DNA of 60,200 nt, the filler included, from Sphacelaria rigidula (taxonomy: Eukaryota), in assembly GCA_964200075.2 (NCBI GenBank). It is 5 parts of 5 records of this genome, joined end to end, with 100 filler letters (N's around TTAATTAATTAA, not from the genome) between each part and the next. Parts side by side here need not be neighbours in the genome. Positions count along the whole stretch, not along the records: positions 12,064 to 24,023 come from CAXNAA020004286.1; positions 24,124 to 36,083 come from CAXNAA020004287.1; positions 36,184 to 48,142 come from CAXNAA020004288.1; 2 more parts are not named here. The stretch is one strand, 5' to 3'. The notes beneath the pieces were generated by a model, which saw only the letters and a list, made by a program, of their open reading frames with translations, was not told the DNA's origin and did no database searches. The translations under genes were made by a program, and so were the position numbers. Positions 23,944 to 37,620 of this stretch are shown piece by piece. The first letter of the stretch is position 1. Each line of letters opens with the position of its first letter.

Positions 23944-24023
23944 GGTGTAGAAAAAAAAAAAAGGGGGAGAGGGGAGGGGGCCCCGGGGAGAAGGAGGGGG
24001 AAGGGGGGGGGGAAAAGGCTCCG

Positions 24024-24123
24024 NNNNNNNNNNNNNNNNNNNNNNNNNNNNNNNNNNNNNNNNNNNNTTAATTAATTAANNNNNNNNNNNNNNNNNNNNN
24101 NNNNNNNNNNNNNNNNNNNNNNN
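24024..24123. other. Artificial scaffold-joining spacer
   Basis: N44-TTAATTAATTAA-N44. Confidence 0.98.
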
Positions 24124-24189
24124 ATTCGAACCCACGACCCAACCGTCAGAAGGTTTCGAAGTTACCAACTGAGCCACCGGGGCGACCGG
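24124..24189 (-). mobile_element. SINE family A tRNA-like head, cut by scaffold start
   Basis: Minus strand ccggtcgccccggTGGCTCAGTTGGtaac...gGGTTCGAAT: consensus A-box and B-box. Confidence 0.85.
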
Positions 24190-24781
24190 CATTAGATTTT
24201 GATAAAAGAAAACTATAGCAATTACCCCTGCCATTTTCAGACCGTCGTGGTAACGCCCACGTCGAGTCTGGCACTGTGAGGGAGGAAACGTTGCCCCCTG
24301 CCCGAGCAAGTCCGCAGTGGTCCCTGATAGAAGACACTCATCTCTTTGGCTGCGTTGTGCGGCCGCGTCTTGCTCGGCAGGGCGTTCAAAACTCAGGGGC
24401 ATCTGCCTTCCGAGGATCTTAACTAGTATTTACTTCCGGCCTTGGTGCCAGTCTCGACCGACAGGGGGCCGATGTAAACAACAAGGATGGCAAGATCTTC
24501 TCCTGCCTCGACGCAGATTCCATACCGCTACCCTCTAGAATTGTCATCAGAAAGTGTTTTTGTTTTCGGAATCACTGCAGTATCGTCCGTAGTCATCCTT
24601 TCAAGCCACGCAGCGCACAAAACGCCTTGCGTCGCCGAATTTGCTGCGTCGACACCCACCTGCGGCTTTGGTACACACATACGTCAAGTTTCAGTATCAT
24701 CCGACGCCTGGTGTACTTACTGTGTTAGGGCACCCAATCTCCAAAATACCGCCTCAATACTTTTGAAAAGGAATAACACTA

Positions 24782-24968
24782 CAATGGTCGACAGGCGCAG
24801 GAACTGCTGTACACCTCTCGCGATGAAAAATAATAGGCCATGCACTGCCTGAGGGAGGTAAACAACCAAAATGGAGAAGAAATTCTGGTGTGACCCCAGC
24901 TGGTGCGCTCGCATAAACCGAAAAGTGTAAACTGGCGTCAATAGAATATGGGACAACACAACAAAACA
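24782..24968 (+). mobile_element. SINE family A, diverged 3' half
   Basis: ggtcgac...tcgcgatgaaaaa...gtgtgaccccagctggtgcgc...ccgaaaagtgtaaactggcgtcaatagaatatgggacaacacaac is the reverse complement of the family A body and tail. Confidence 0.7.
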
Positions 24969-25899
24969 TATATATCAACAGGGCAAAACAGAAAAGCACA
25001 CATGAACATGAGTTTCTTCTTGTCCCATGATTCAATCACTTTTACTGAAACCTGGAACTGGACCACTACCTTTGGACATCTATAAAAAAACTTTGAGTCC
25101 ATGTTTCCTTTTTATATTTTGCCATTTTCATACTTCACACCGAATCTTATAGTAACACTTCAGTATTAGATTTTCATTTTGCAATAATTTAAAATGACTT
25201 TTCTTCTTCGCTGTAATTGTGTATTTTGGGCCCGTTCGCCGTGATAACAAGGAATAAAATACTCCTCTGAAATTGTTGCAAAATAATATTTCGAACGCTC
25301 CCAGAAGACTTGGCCTCACGTTGGGATCAGACCTTCCAAAAATCGGGCCGGTAGAAAATTCGGATGTGTATTTTGGAGGTCATTTACCGGCTCAGGTTTG
25401 ATGCTTATGAAATGAAATGATGTGTGGAACCTCGCTGGGCCACGATGAAGCAATGGGAAAAGGTCCATGTTGATTATTTTCCTTTTGTATCGGACGTTTT
25501 AGTACGGTAAATAACATATTTTGAAAAAAACGTCCGTACCTCCACAAGCAACTGAAGGTCCATTTTTTTTCATGCCGTTGCGATTCTCCACGATGATTTT
25601 CGAATCACCACTTTAAAAATTGCACACCTTGGACAATTTGTGGTCATTAGTTGCAATAGACAAGGAACGTACTGCATATAGTATACGCCTATTGCGGCTT
25701 TTGTCGGCCGGCTATAGTCGCAATGGGCCTTTACTTGTGCAGTACACTTCTCGTCTACTGAATCTATTGGCCATAGAATTTTGTCCAGGATGAGAAAAAT
25801 TGAGCCGAAAAACTGATTTCAGGTTCGAGAGCCTTGTTCACTGTCTCTCGAAACTCCTGTGAAAAAATTGAAAGGGCTTGTTTTCGTTGATCGTGCACG

Positions 25900-26211
25900 A
25901 TCGTAGCGATTCTTCTCACGGAATTTCATAGCACAACTCTCACAAACTGAGATGCCATATCCAGATTTGGTGCATATAGTGCCTCTGCGCGCAATTCATG
26001 GGACCTCATGTGCGCCATATCTCGAGATAGATGGCGAATTAGGCGAACGTAAGGGTATCAATCGTGCCCCCCTGCTCCCAGGGAATGTTCACACCATAAA
26101 CGTTCCGGGTTTTAAATCAACCGTAGTATAACCGCTATCTCCGTACGTACAGAAATGATCAGACATGAGGTTTCATCAGAACATTGGCCCACTGTTGAGC
26201 AGATGGGCACC
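25900..26211. repeat. Dispersed repeat, homologous (reverse complement) to 40801-41150; probable DNA-transposon terminal region
   Basis: atttcatagcacaactctca.aaactgaga..c.atatccagattt, atatctcgagat and ttgagcagatgggcacct are all present inverted in 40801-41150 on a different scaffold. Confidence 0.8.
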
Positions 26212-29127
26212 TAATTCGTTATCAGAGGGTACGTCACCTGCTGAATTGGCAGCGTTTTCACGTGAAGTGGGTATGTGTGATCCAGATGGACTCGTATGGA
26301 CCATCTGCATCGCGGTCTAGAGTCGACCCTTTCGCGGCGAGGGTAGGTCAATTGCTGAATCTGCATCAATTTTCCCTCGAAAAAAAGTATGCATGATCCA
26401 GATGAACTGCCCGCACCATGGTCGAAGGGTTGGTACGACCTGCGGATCACGGCCCATCTCGTATGTATTGACGAAACATTTTATTTTGGGCCGGCCCAGC
26501 TCGTACATCTTACAGGATCTGTCAGTTGAAAAAAACGGGAGCTTCGAGTTTGATATAACTCGAGTGGCGCCGCATTTCATGTCGTGTACATTAGCACGTG
26601 AATTCAAGTAATCCCAAGGTTCATACAAGCAGACGCGTCGGCACCAATTTTGGCCCGACAAAATCAGACTTGATTGCCTCCGATCCTATTTCGACCTCCG
26701 ACAAGGGTCCTCAAGCATGAGTTCATGAATTGAGGGTCCAATTTGTCGCTTAACAAAAAAGGGAAGGGGTCGCCGAGTTCGGGCACCAGAATCCAACGGT
26801 TCAGACACGCTTGTTTCTTCAGTAGGTGAAGATGATATTTGAATCTTCGCGTGGCAGTCTCGAGTCGGTGAATAATTCGGCACGCTACAATTTTCATGTG
26901 CACCCGTGCGCACCATCCATCGAAGTTCATGCGCACCCCGAGAAAATGGCATGGCCACGTGCCGCTGGTAAATGCCCATTACCACCCACAACGTAGAGTG
27001 GAATTATACCGGAGAAACAGAACACACTCTGGCGGTGACACGTGCTCCACACTCTTCCGAACACAAACGCTGTTGAGACAGCACGGTTCTTATGGGTGCA
27101 ATCACTTCTCCAAAAGTGATTCATTGAAAAGTGATGGCATCACTCCCTGGTAAGACCCGACCATGGGGGTTTGAAGGCCCCAAGTGATTCCGGACATCGA
27201 ATTCGAGGCCGAACTGGGGAACCCTCCCCATGTGCTGTGACAGCAAATCTCATCCCAAAGCATTCAACGCCGTATACTACAATATCAAGGTCTTTTCTCC
27301 CCGCTTTTGCCGCAGCATCTTGCGTGAGCCTTTTCCACTCTGACCCACTCCAGGACACCTTTGGCGTACTTCGCTATCCCCGTTCCTTCGGAGCAGAGCA
27401 TTTCTACCCTCTCCTGCAGTAGGCTCTACTTGGGCACCGCGGAGAACACAATTCCGATCAATTCCATCACCGGCCGAGTCAAACAGTCGATGGAAGACCT
27501 TCTCAGACAGTCAGTGCATAAGCAGCCTGGTTACCTCTGCGGAGTGGTCAGGAGTTCCGCTGACCGCAAGGGCAGATCAACCGACCATGCACTATTTGAT
27601 CAAGTGAAATTGATGCTGCTTCACGATGACCTCTGCCCCGGCCGAGACTTGTCGCAGATTACTGGGCGCACTCCTTCTCCCATCACAAAGCAAGGGTGCC
27701 GGGACATGCACCTACACCATTTCGGTGACGTACGGTACCTCCGCATTTGCCAGCGAGCCCGCGAACACGCCCGGGTGGGGATATTCCTCGATAGTTTCCG
27801 TTTCGCGACAGGGGAAAGGGCATGTTCGCGGACTCGAAGCGACTCATATCCCGGTTTCCAACCATGCAACCATGAGACTGACCGCCCGTACAGCTTGTGC
27901 TTTAATATCGTGGCAGGAGGCAGTGAAAAATTTCCATGATCCAAAGACCACCCTTGACCGAGGACAGAGGAGACACCAGCGAGAAGGCGTCCAAGTATGC
28001 GGAACAAAGGTTTCGCAAGAACTCATGGTGACAGCACACGAAAAAACAACAGTGCAGCATCATCCGCACGTTCTACTTCGAGGAGGGAAAACATAGCTTT
28101 TCATCTCAGCGTAAGGGGTACTCACTTCATCATATAACCGGGGACACTCCACGAAGATGACGTCGGGCCGATTTTGACTTTCATCAGACTACCAAATACG
28201 GCGTGATGGGACATTCTGTCGGAAAAAATAATAATGCCGAGAATATAAGAAAACGGCGCAAACAACGTACGGGCCACCGCCGCTGCTACGCGACCGAGTA
28301 GCCACCACACGAAGCTGTCGGTTGTTGCTGTATATTACAGTACAAGGGCACGGAGTATTGCGTATCAAGGACAACACACAACTGTATACAACAGGCGGGA
28401 AGTGGTCAACAGCATTTTGTTTCACCCATCGAAGGAAGCAGACCACATGTCTGTCGGACGTGTCTCTTTTCGTACGGAATAATAATCGAGGATTGGGACA
28501 ACGGGGCCATCACTACTTCTTCGGTGCTCCTTCCCGACTGGTTCCCATCACTCCCGAGAACAGGCTTCTCACAGACAGCGACTGTACTAGTAGTACGCCT
28601 GAGTTTAGGTAACGAAACCAAACCGCGAAGCGGTTGAACTGGATACAAAGAGAATCGGTTCAGAACGATTCGGAAACTGCTGCACAATCTTGCAACGAAC
28701 ACGATACGGCTGTCAACCTCCTCGTTCACAGCAGTTCCTCATCCCAACTCTTTCTACGCCAGGATAGGTGATGTGCTGAATCGGCGCCATTGTCAACAAT
28801 TACACCATCACCATGATCACTCCTGCAATGTCTGAGATTCAAACGACCACTTCGAGCTTTCAAGGGTCGACATGCAAGGTATTCGCATTTTATCGTTGAC
28901 ATCGCTCGCTCACCGACGCCAGCGCCAAAACCATCACCAATGTATCGAAATGTACAGGACATTCGACATTCGCGCACCTAAACGGCAAACACGGCGCGGA
29001 TGTAATCCTGAACGCAGTCACATTTACATATACTTGTGCGCAACATATACAAAGCGCTGCTGGGAAGCAAGAGACCGCTCGAACCTCGTGTGTCGCATTC
29101 GAAAAAACGACGGCAAGCGTAGCTCAC

Positions 29128-29637
29128 CGTGACCGACTCTGCAATAACTGCTTCTGGCTCCTCTTCCGGGACAGCCTCCAGCTGTTCCACTCCGGCAGAA
29201 ACAGTCTCTCGTATTTCATCCTTTTCTTCCTGAACGTCACTGCTCCCGCGGCTGCGCGCGCCGCTGCCAGTTCCGCCACTGCCATCTACTCCGGGCGGCC
29301 TCTGTTGCCATCCTGTTGTCGGAAGCCGATCAGGCTCGGATTTTCTGCGGACGGCCTGGGTTTGCGAGCTGCGGGCCACGGGTTCCTCCACGCGCTCTTC
29401 GGGGTTTCTCTCATCTAGTTTTTCTTCATGATCCACCTCGTCAGAGGAGTGCCGCCGGCTCAACCCCCTTTTCGACGTCTTGAATAGGCCAAGAGCGCGT
29501 CTCGAGCCTGATCGTGACGGTGAGGAGCCTCTACTGGATGATGACCCCAACATACGAAAGGAGGATTGCAGAGCTGAAGCCGTGCTCGATGCCTTGCTTT
29601 TCCCCGAGTCATGATGACCGCCACCGTTCGATTGTTG
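29128..29637 (-). CDS. Open Ser/Arg/Glu-rich, disordered exon of the scaffold-3 gene
   Basis: 510 nt open reading; pyrimidine tract then cag| acceptor (or ATG at 29655) and |gtgagc donor. Confidence 0.6.
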
Positions 29638-32600
29638 CTGCCGATGGCGGGCCATGGCAATCACGGACAATGCCGGTGAGGGTGGAATACACCGGCGGGA
29701 AGAGAGGACAAAGGTGAGAAAAAAGCACTAACGACTGAATCGGTGGGGGGAATAATTCTTTAGTTTCGGCGCAGGGCTCCTGTCACACGGAAATATATTT
29801 GTTCTACTTCTATGTGTGATGGGGGTCGGGAGGGGGGGTGGTGGAGAAAAATTTGAATCCCACAACAATGGGAAATAAATATCAACCCTTGAAGTGTGGT
29901 GAGTGACGAGACTGTCACGGGGAACATCAAATATTTTGAGCACTCACGAATCGCATAAACCATCTTGTATATCGAAGTATGACGGGTCTCTCTACCGTAT
30001 CGGATGAAAACATATCCGGATTTTTGAATGGATAATCCAACTACTCGAGCGTCAAAGCTAACTCCAACTCCAACCCCAACCCCAACCCCAACAAAGGTAA
30101 ATCCTGTACGCTAGGGGCAGTAGATTGTTCATTGTTGTCCAAACTCAGTGTGCATTGCTTTTGACATACATTGCGCATCGTTTGAGCTCCAATTGGCGCA
30201 GATCTGAGCAGAACAGGCTTTGGGCATAAGGAACCACGCAGTCGCAAAACAGTGTTCCCTGCATCCAGCAAGCCACGTGTACTAGAAACGGGGTAAAATG
30301 CTCTATGAAGATCCAGACTTAATTTGTGCTCCCCAAATGGTGTACATCAGTTGGCAGTGGAGGTATCGAACTCGAGGTTTCTGGTGTATTCAACAGTACA
30401 GTTTGGTGAAGTTGTAAATAAACCGGAAACCCGGGTTTGAGATATCTCTACTTGGACGTGTGTGAATATACAATGGTACAGGGATCTACAAATGTGCACA
30501 TGTACATGAAATTGCCCCATCTGTTTGCTTAGACCGCGTCCAGAGAAATAATTGAAAAAATGTACCGATGCGTGTGAGCGAAACCATGTGCTTCACAGGA
30601 ATGAGGAGCCCCCCCCAGACACCCCACGCGCAGTATCGGATGTAGATGGGCCGATCATGGTAGAGACGTGCTCTGGGTTGAAATAACCGCTACAAAAGCA
30701 TGAATGATTAGTGACAACTCGAAAGGATGAAGTGTACGACTCAGGAGAGGCATGTGCTGGGTGCAGTTAGTCGAATCTTGGCCTAAATGGGCCCAAAAGC
30801 GTCTCGTGAGCTCTTTCGGTGCCACCCAATCGCGATATAGAAATCGAAAAATAGAGGATCAGAGGTGACAGGAACATCAGGTTCGGAGGCGGTTTGCCGA
30901 TGGAAGAGGGATAATTCCAGTGTTCAGTGTTCAGGCAAGGGTCAAGGAGCGGATTACATTAAATTTGCCATGAATCATGTACATGGTCGGATGAAAGCGA
31001 TCGGTGGGTTTCTGGTGAAGGACAAACTGCTGTCGTTTTGAAAAAGCTTGGCCTTGACTTGAGAATGCAGGACGGTTTAGTACGTTCAGTTGAGCAGTGC
31101 ACACAAGAATCGATATCACTCTCCCCCCGCCTGAACCCTGAATTGACCCCAACAACACGTGAAAAATTGCGATGAAGTACGGCCAATAACCCTCATTCAC
31201 TTCCACCGCCCACAAAGAAGCAAACCCGACAGAAAACGAGAACACATAACTGAGAAGAAATTGTGGTTGACAGTTCGCACAGCGAAATAGGAACGATTAC
31301 AGGAGTTCATGCACCAGCCTAATCTACTCACACCAGCTAGTAGCAGTCTCACAGTGAGGGTGTATGTCTTCTTCAGCGTTGCTAGGCAGGACTTTGAAAC
31401 CCGACCGCATGTTTGTTTTTGTGGCGTATCATGTGGCCCAGCCTGAAAGCTGGCGTCCCTCCGGTTTTCCATTACAGTACCAGAATACGATGACACAACA
31501 AGTTAGACGAACTAGACGCCAGGGTAAGTCATCTGTTCAATCGACATCATTCTTTTACTTGAGAAATTCCTCAATGACCGAGGCTACCACCGATGCGGTG
31601 AAGAAGTCCAAGCTTGGGTGCACTGTCAAGGTGAGCCAATGTGAGACCTCGTGTAATGGTTTGCAGGCGGATGACTCTGAACGACTATGCATGACTCGAA
31701 TATTCGGAGCGATTCAAGTCCTGATCAATCCAAGGATCTTACCCGGATCTTGCCCGAAATTTCGCAAATCAGACGTCGCAAGCTCCAACCTGCTGGACCG
31801 AGCACACAGATGTATACACCAGTATCGCGCTTTTAAAGCGTTGATATGCTCAGTACAACAGTAGTAGATTTAATGGCAACAACTCTGAGAGTAATCGAAA
31901 AGATAGAACAACTGCAATGTACACGGCACCATACTATAGTCAGCGCGGTGCATTTGTTGTAGTGTAGTGTATTTCATCACCGCACAGCCCAAAACCGTAC
32001 AATGCACCCTACCCCATATGGTGCGGCATATTTCCGTACCGTACTCTGCACGTACAAACAGTCCGACTCAAATGACGAGGCCAAGAAACAAATCTTCCGT
32101 GAAATGGAAAAGGAGATGTATGTCCCGGCGACGTAAGTTTGTTGAGCATTGTCTGCATATGAGGACGTGACTATACTTCGCAAATAGCGTTGTATTTCGC
32201 TCATCCATCTCTGGACGACAATTTCAAGTCCCCAATATGTGGACAATCTATTAGCAAATTATAGCAAGATACACCTCCCACTTATTACGGTGGGGAAAAT
32301 TTAATACATCTTGACTACATCAATAAACAGCGCGCAGATCGATGGATACTCGAGCTCAAGACCTGCGCTCCACTACAGCTTATACTACTCAGGGCAAGGC
32401 ACCCAGCGACCATTTACTAAAAAAGTTGTCCTTGCTTTCGCCAAGATTTATTCAACGTCCAAGAATGCTTTGTCTGTGTGTGAGCGGATAGAGCCCTTCC
32501 ATTGTTCCTGCACGGGGTACGAATGAGAAGTGGCTGTCGTGATGTCGTGATGTCACCGCAGAATTGTCTGTCTACTGGTACCGACTGTATTAATGTCGAC

Positions 32601-33497
32601 ACAGAGGGAATGTAGCCAGCACCATCTCACCGACGTCAATCGAGGATAACGGATACATATATATATAATTATAGAGAGAGAGATGATGAAACTATATGCG
32701 TCAGGTGTCGCGAATGTTCGAGCAGACAAGCATCGGTAACGAGCAAGTGAAATATCCCCGTGAAACACTACCCTCGCGGTCAAACGGTCAAGTGCTGCCG
32801 GACAGACTCGACAATTCGGGAAACGCCGTATTCGAGTCCATGCGACAGGCGGTAACATCCGAGTATCGCTTCGATTGGACGAAAGGCGGAATATCCTTTC
32901 AATGATCTTGACGGATGTAGTAGTCAGACACAGCAGAATATTCGATAAATACTTTCATGTGTAACTTGGATCAACAGTGTGCTACAAGTAGGCAAATTTC
33001 AAATGTAGATACTGCAACTGTAATATAATGGAGTTTTACTACTGTCGTTGTATCTTACTGAAACAAAACGAGGTCGTCGCGATACTTGACCGGACGAAAG
33101 CTCAATCCTCATCAGATCGACTGCACCGACTGTCATCTGTTTTTTCAAAAACTATTTGACAAAAGGATACGGCTTCTTTTTTAGATCGCCAGACGGACGG
33201 ACATAACACGCCACACCCTCAAGTACATATTCTCTCACAAATACAGCACATCGATCGTGCTCCAACGATAATTGTAACGCACCGGTGTGTTGCGCCCCTT
33301 CGTCCCTTCCTCGGTATTGCTATGGAGCGTAAAATCTGTTTATTTGTGAGGATGTGATCATTTTCATCTGATTTTCAGACGAAGCCATCGCCTCGTGAGT
33401 TTGCGCCCCCGTAGTGTGTTTCCATAACGAAAAGTGAGAGGGGCCTACACACCATGTCAACGTGACCCAGCCAGCATCCGCTACCGTATGTACTCAC

Positions 33498-34286
33498 AAA
33501 TCGGCGAGGCAGGTATCCACGTATACGAGAAAGTCCTGTCCTACTCCGGGTCGATGACGAGAGTATCTGCGAAGACGCTCGGGTCGTCGCCCTGCTTTCA
33601 TCATGATGTAAAATTGCTCCGCCGCCTGGACGCTGGGCGTCACCATTCTCGGGATCATGCACCCCATCAACCGCATCCGCGCTTACTCCCCGCTCGCCGC
33701 TCATCGAAGATTGTCCCCCCTCCCTCGTACATTTTACGTCACTCCAGTCGCTAAATATCGTCCCCGAAGACGGCATCATGCTGTCCACGCCCACGTGCGT
33801 CCCTGGCGGTACTACACTGCGCCAGATTACAGGTTGTCTCAGCTCATCGACTGCCGCAGCACTAGTACTAGCAGTGGGTGCCTTGAGTGAGGAGGACACT
33901 TGCTCACTCGCTGGCTCACGATTGTGCCCAAGGGGCGTGATTGCACCCGCACCCCCGCCCGCAGGTGGATCAGGTGCTCTTGATTTCGGGTTCACGCGCT
34001 GCGATTTCCAGTGCTTGCCGCTGTCGTCATCTGCAAAGCTGCTTGATCGGTTGTGGTGGTTGGGCGTTTTGACAACGGAAAAAGGAGCGAGTTGAGACTC
34101 GGACAGTCGTTTTATTTGCTGTCTTTTGTCGGATGGAGAAGAGACTTTTTTTGTCTCTTGAGTTCGCTGCATGTCTCCACTACTGTTGCTCTCCTTTTCG
34201 CTGTTTTTTCTGTCGTCTACCGTAGTGTATTCGGCACCGCCGCCGCTTTTTCGGTGGCGGACAATCGTTATCGCAGGTGAGCCGAC
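33498..34286 (-). CDS. Open Ser-rich, disordered exon of the scaffold-3 gene
   Basis: 789 nt open reading (includes most of the 265-aa ORF); |gtgagt donor at 33497; 5' boundary uncertain. Confidence 0.55.
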
Positions 34287-36083
34287 CTGTCAGTGACAGT
34301 GGTGTGGGCAGGGGACTGGCAGCAGCAGAATGGAGAGTCGTTGGATGATGTTGAAGATGGGGGGGCAGTGGGCGGATAACTGGCCTCTTCGTTGTCTGAT
34401 CCAGACGCGAAACTTGAGCCTCGCCGAGGGGTCGAAGAAGCGAATATTACTCCCGCAACCGTAGTTGCTTCTCTGGCTTGTTGTTTTTGCTCCAATTTAT
34501 CAGCGGTTAAATTGCTCGTCCCACCACAACTGAGCACACTCGGCGCCATCCGGCCAAACTCTCCCTTTTCCACAAATCCGCCAGAGCCCTTGCTCAAACT
34601 TCAAACACTGAAAACAGATCCTTTGGTCGTTGTAGGGGTCCCAAGTACAACCATACCGCTATCTTCGGCACCGAGAATCACCCGTGATACAGATTTTCCA
34701 CACACTACACTCAGCTGTGGCTCCCGGTCGTGTGCACCGCCCGCTAGTACCGGACGACGTTTGCGTCGAGGGTAAAGGACAGCGGCCGACGATCGCGGCG
34801 CCGGTGGCGACAAACCCCGGCGGGACAGTGGTGATGGTGTTCGAAGGCCATCTTCGATTGTCGTGGGCGCACCGACGGCTTCACTCACCGCTGCTTTTAC
34901 AGATGGGAATACGCCCCCGCTTCTCTATTTGTAGGCTGCCCTGTCCGTATGAGGGAAGATACTCCAGTTCACTGACTCGGGGCCATGCCCCAACGACCGA
35001 CCAGCGGCGCGACCGCCTTGACTGCGCCTTACCGAGAGCAATCTACTTTCTAATACCCTGTCCAATGTTGGCTGCACCTCTGTGGAATCCTCCCCTTCGC
35101 TCTCTGCACCGTGTTGCACCTGGACTCTTCTCTTGTGGCCATCGCCACTAAGTAATTATTTTTCGTAGGCCATTGGTGTGTTCGAGAAGCTTTTCAAGTT
35201 CATAGTTTCTTGATGTCGCCGCACTCAGCACCCTTCTCCGCTCAACGGAGGTCACCCCTGCAGCCAGCGTTAATAGTGAATAATGAACTGCCCCACAACC
35301 CTCGCCCGCCGGTCCACCTGCTGCTGCCGCTGGTGGTTGAACTAGTTCAGGGTTGATTCTTTTAGGAATTTGGGTCTGTCCAGTGTGCGGGTTCGGACTA
35401 GATAAAATGATATACAAGTTGCCATGCGATAGTAAGCTGTACCGGAAGATGATACTATTTCTTCGTTTCCATATTTGGAATTATTTCGAAGAAGCATCTA
35501 AATGTTCTTTTATCTCAGACTTCAGTATATTTCATGTACGAGCTTGTCAGGAGACGAGCTTACACTCTGCTCTCGTACATAGGCTCACCACTGTGTGGGG
35601 CTGAGGTGTCGTACGTCGCAGAAACTTCAGCGTGGATGAAACGTGAATGGGTCCCAAAAAGTTGTCGAAAGTCGATGTATTGACGCTTGTGTGGATTGTT
35701 TATACTGCTTTACTGGAGGTTCTCAGAACTTACTACAAAACCAATCTGTAAGCGAAGACCAACCAGAAACGTGGCCTAAAACCTCAGAGCAAAGTATGTG
35801 AGTACAGAAAAGAGTAATCTTCGGGTGGGGGGCTTGCGTCGATGCCCGGTCGTATTTTGCTCGCCTTTGACCCTTCCATCCTTTCGCACGCACTTAAATT
35901 TCAAATCTGTGACGCTATCCAAGAATCTTCCTATATTCAGAAGCACCCTACCGTTCAATGTGAAGGATCGGAGCGTAGCGGGATCTGCGGTTTGTGGAAC
36001 GGGTACGAATGTGAAGAAGCTAGGCTAATGTGAGGGGGTTGTGGTTCGGCCCTGTAGCAAAATTGTTGCACCACGGAGGTTGA

Positions 36084-36183
36084 NNNNNNNNNNNNNNNNN
36101 NNNNNNNNNNNNNNNNNNNNNNNNNNNTTAATTAATTAANNNNNNNNNNNNNNNNNNNNNNNNNNNNNNNNNNNNNNNNNNNN
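36084..36183. other. Artificial scaffold-joining spacer
   Basis: N44-TTAATTAATTAA-N44. Confidence 0.98.
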
Positions 36184-36352
36184 AAAGGGATGTGTGGTCA
36201 ATTGTCAAATGATTAAGGAAAGAAACAAATTAGTACCCCCCCCCCCCCCCCTACGAACCCTCGTAAATGGTCTGATGACTATGGCATGCATGATCATGAG
36301 TACACTCCCCCCCCTACGAACCCCTTTTCGTGGCCCGATTTTTTCAGGGATA

Positions 36353-37620
36353 TACACGTTACACGTGCCACAGCGTTACACGTTACGTTCACGACACGTT
36401 TTGGCCGAAACGTAATGTGAATGTTAAAAACCTTTGACGTGATGAACGTGACGTGAACGTAACGTTCAATTTTCAAGCGGAACGTTAACCGAACATTATT
36501 ATTTTTTTTCACGTGGCATACGTAACGTAATGTGAGCGTTAAATCGCCCGAACATTGGAAACACGTAATATAAAACGTTTCATCTAACGTGTAACGTTTC
36601 ATAATGCGTTTCATAATGCGTTACACGTTACATGAAGGGGTGAAACTTCAAGTTTGCGACGAACCCGGCACAGTCCACAGCGTTAGGCACACAAGCAGTG
36701 CACACCGGCGCCCGCTAGTCATTCGCAAGTCCTGCACATGTCGGTGTCTGGTACAGCACTTGTACAAGTTGTGACAGTTGAGAGTTGTACTGCACTGTCT
36801 GTAGTACAAGTGTGCACATGCCTGTGTGTCTACGTGTGCATATTTTGAGGAAGGACAGTCATTCTCGTTGAAGGTTAACCGCGCACTAATCCGAGCTGCG
36901 TGGAGGCGAAGGGGGGAACAGAGACACCTGTCGACCTGGCTAGAGATGACGCAGAAGCACGGAAGTGGGCCCCTCATGCAGCCGCTACGAGGACTCCGAC
37001 GAAATGGCCACCAAACGGTGATGTACCTGCGCGAGCTAACGCAAGCGTCACGTTGGGTGGCCATTTTGTCAAGTCCTCCTAGCGGCTGCTTGAGCAGCCG
37101 ACTCCCGCCCCTTCGCATCATAAGCCAGGTCGACTGGTGTCTCGGCTCCCCCGTTCGCCAGGTCTTCCTCGTAGTCTTGCATCACCTTTGTGAACGGATT
37201 GCCATCACCAGCGCTGTCACGGGCGTTCACGGCATCCACCATCGCCCCATTTACGATATTCGTCCTACGGCTGTGTTCTATAGCCTTGGTCGTTATGGGG
37301 CAGGGTTTCCAGTTCTGTTTCTTAACTCAGTTGGGCACCAACGCTTTGAGGTGTTAAGCAACTTGGGGTTTATTTGAAAATCTTCAAATTTAATTTGAGT
37401 TGCTGCGTACGTCTTTTCTCAGGCTTAAATCCCAACTTCTAGACCCTAACCCTGAGTTTTTCCAGCCGGTTTCTCTTTTCCGAAACTCCAATGAAGCGCT
37501 GCATCCGAACGTTGCACGTTACATGAAACGTTTCATATTACTTTACATGTAACGAAACGCAACGCTAGTTTTTTTTCACGTGATGAACGTAACGTGAACG
37601 TGAACGTGTGACGTGTACAT
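36353..37620. repeat. Two ACGT/AACGT-saturated blocks (36353-36632 and 37507-37620)
   Basis: Dense acacgtt/aacgt/acgtga motifs. The blocks share cgtgatgaacgt(g/a)acgtgaacgt and acgttacatgaa. Confidence 0.7.

Larger units (their letters stand above)
27140..35155 (-). pseudogene. Large multi-exon gene of unknown family with multiple nonsense/frameshift lesions (probable pseudogene)
   Basis: Phase-0 exon-like blocks with proper boundaries: 34286-33498 (ends RRF|gtgagt), 29637-29128 (ends ESVT|gtgagc), one starting 28977 (tttag|), 28215-28126 (NVPSRRIW*SDESQNRPDVIFVECPRLYDE|gtgagt) and one starting 28021 (FLRNLCSAYLDAFSL...). Further protein-like frames are broken by stops at 35155-34268 and 27900-27300. 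Outer limits uncertain. Confidence 0.55.

Noticed and set aside
23900..24023. G-rich tract as a functional G-quadruplex
   Set aside because: It lies at a scaffold end where homopolymer sequence is unreliable, and poly-G/C runs are common throughout the window.
24124..24189. tRNA gene (also 6460-6521, 22270-22340, 48243-48296, 53400-53472, 54890-54957)
   Set aside because: A/B boxes are present but there is no complete cloverleaf or acceptor stem, and the more complete copies continue into a shared non-tRNA body. These are SINE heads.
30058..30092. Telomere-like (CCCCAA)n and CCCTAA motifs (also 20190-20215, 37443-37452)
   Set aside because: Only a few degenerate internal units are present; this is not a telomeric array.
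27140..35155. Alternative genetic code or stop read-through explaining the in-frame stops
   Set aside because: Both TAG and TGA stops plus frameshifts occur, and IFT74 and the PPR gene translate cleanly with the standard code.
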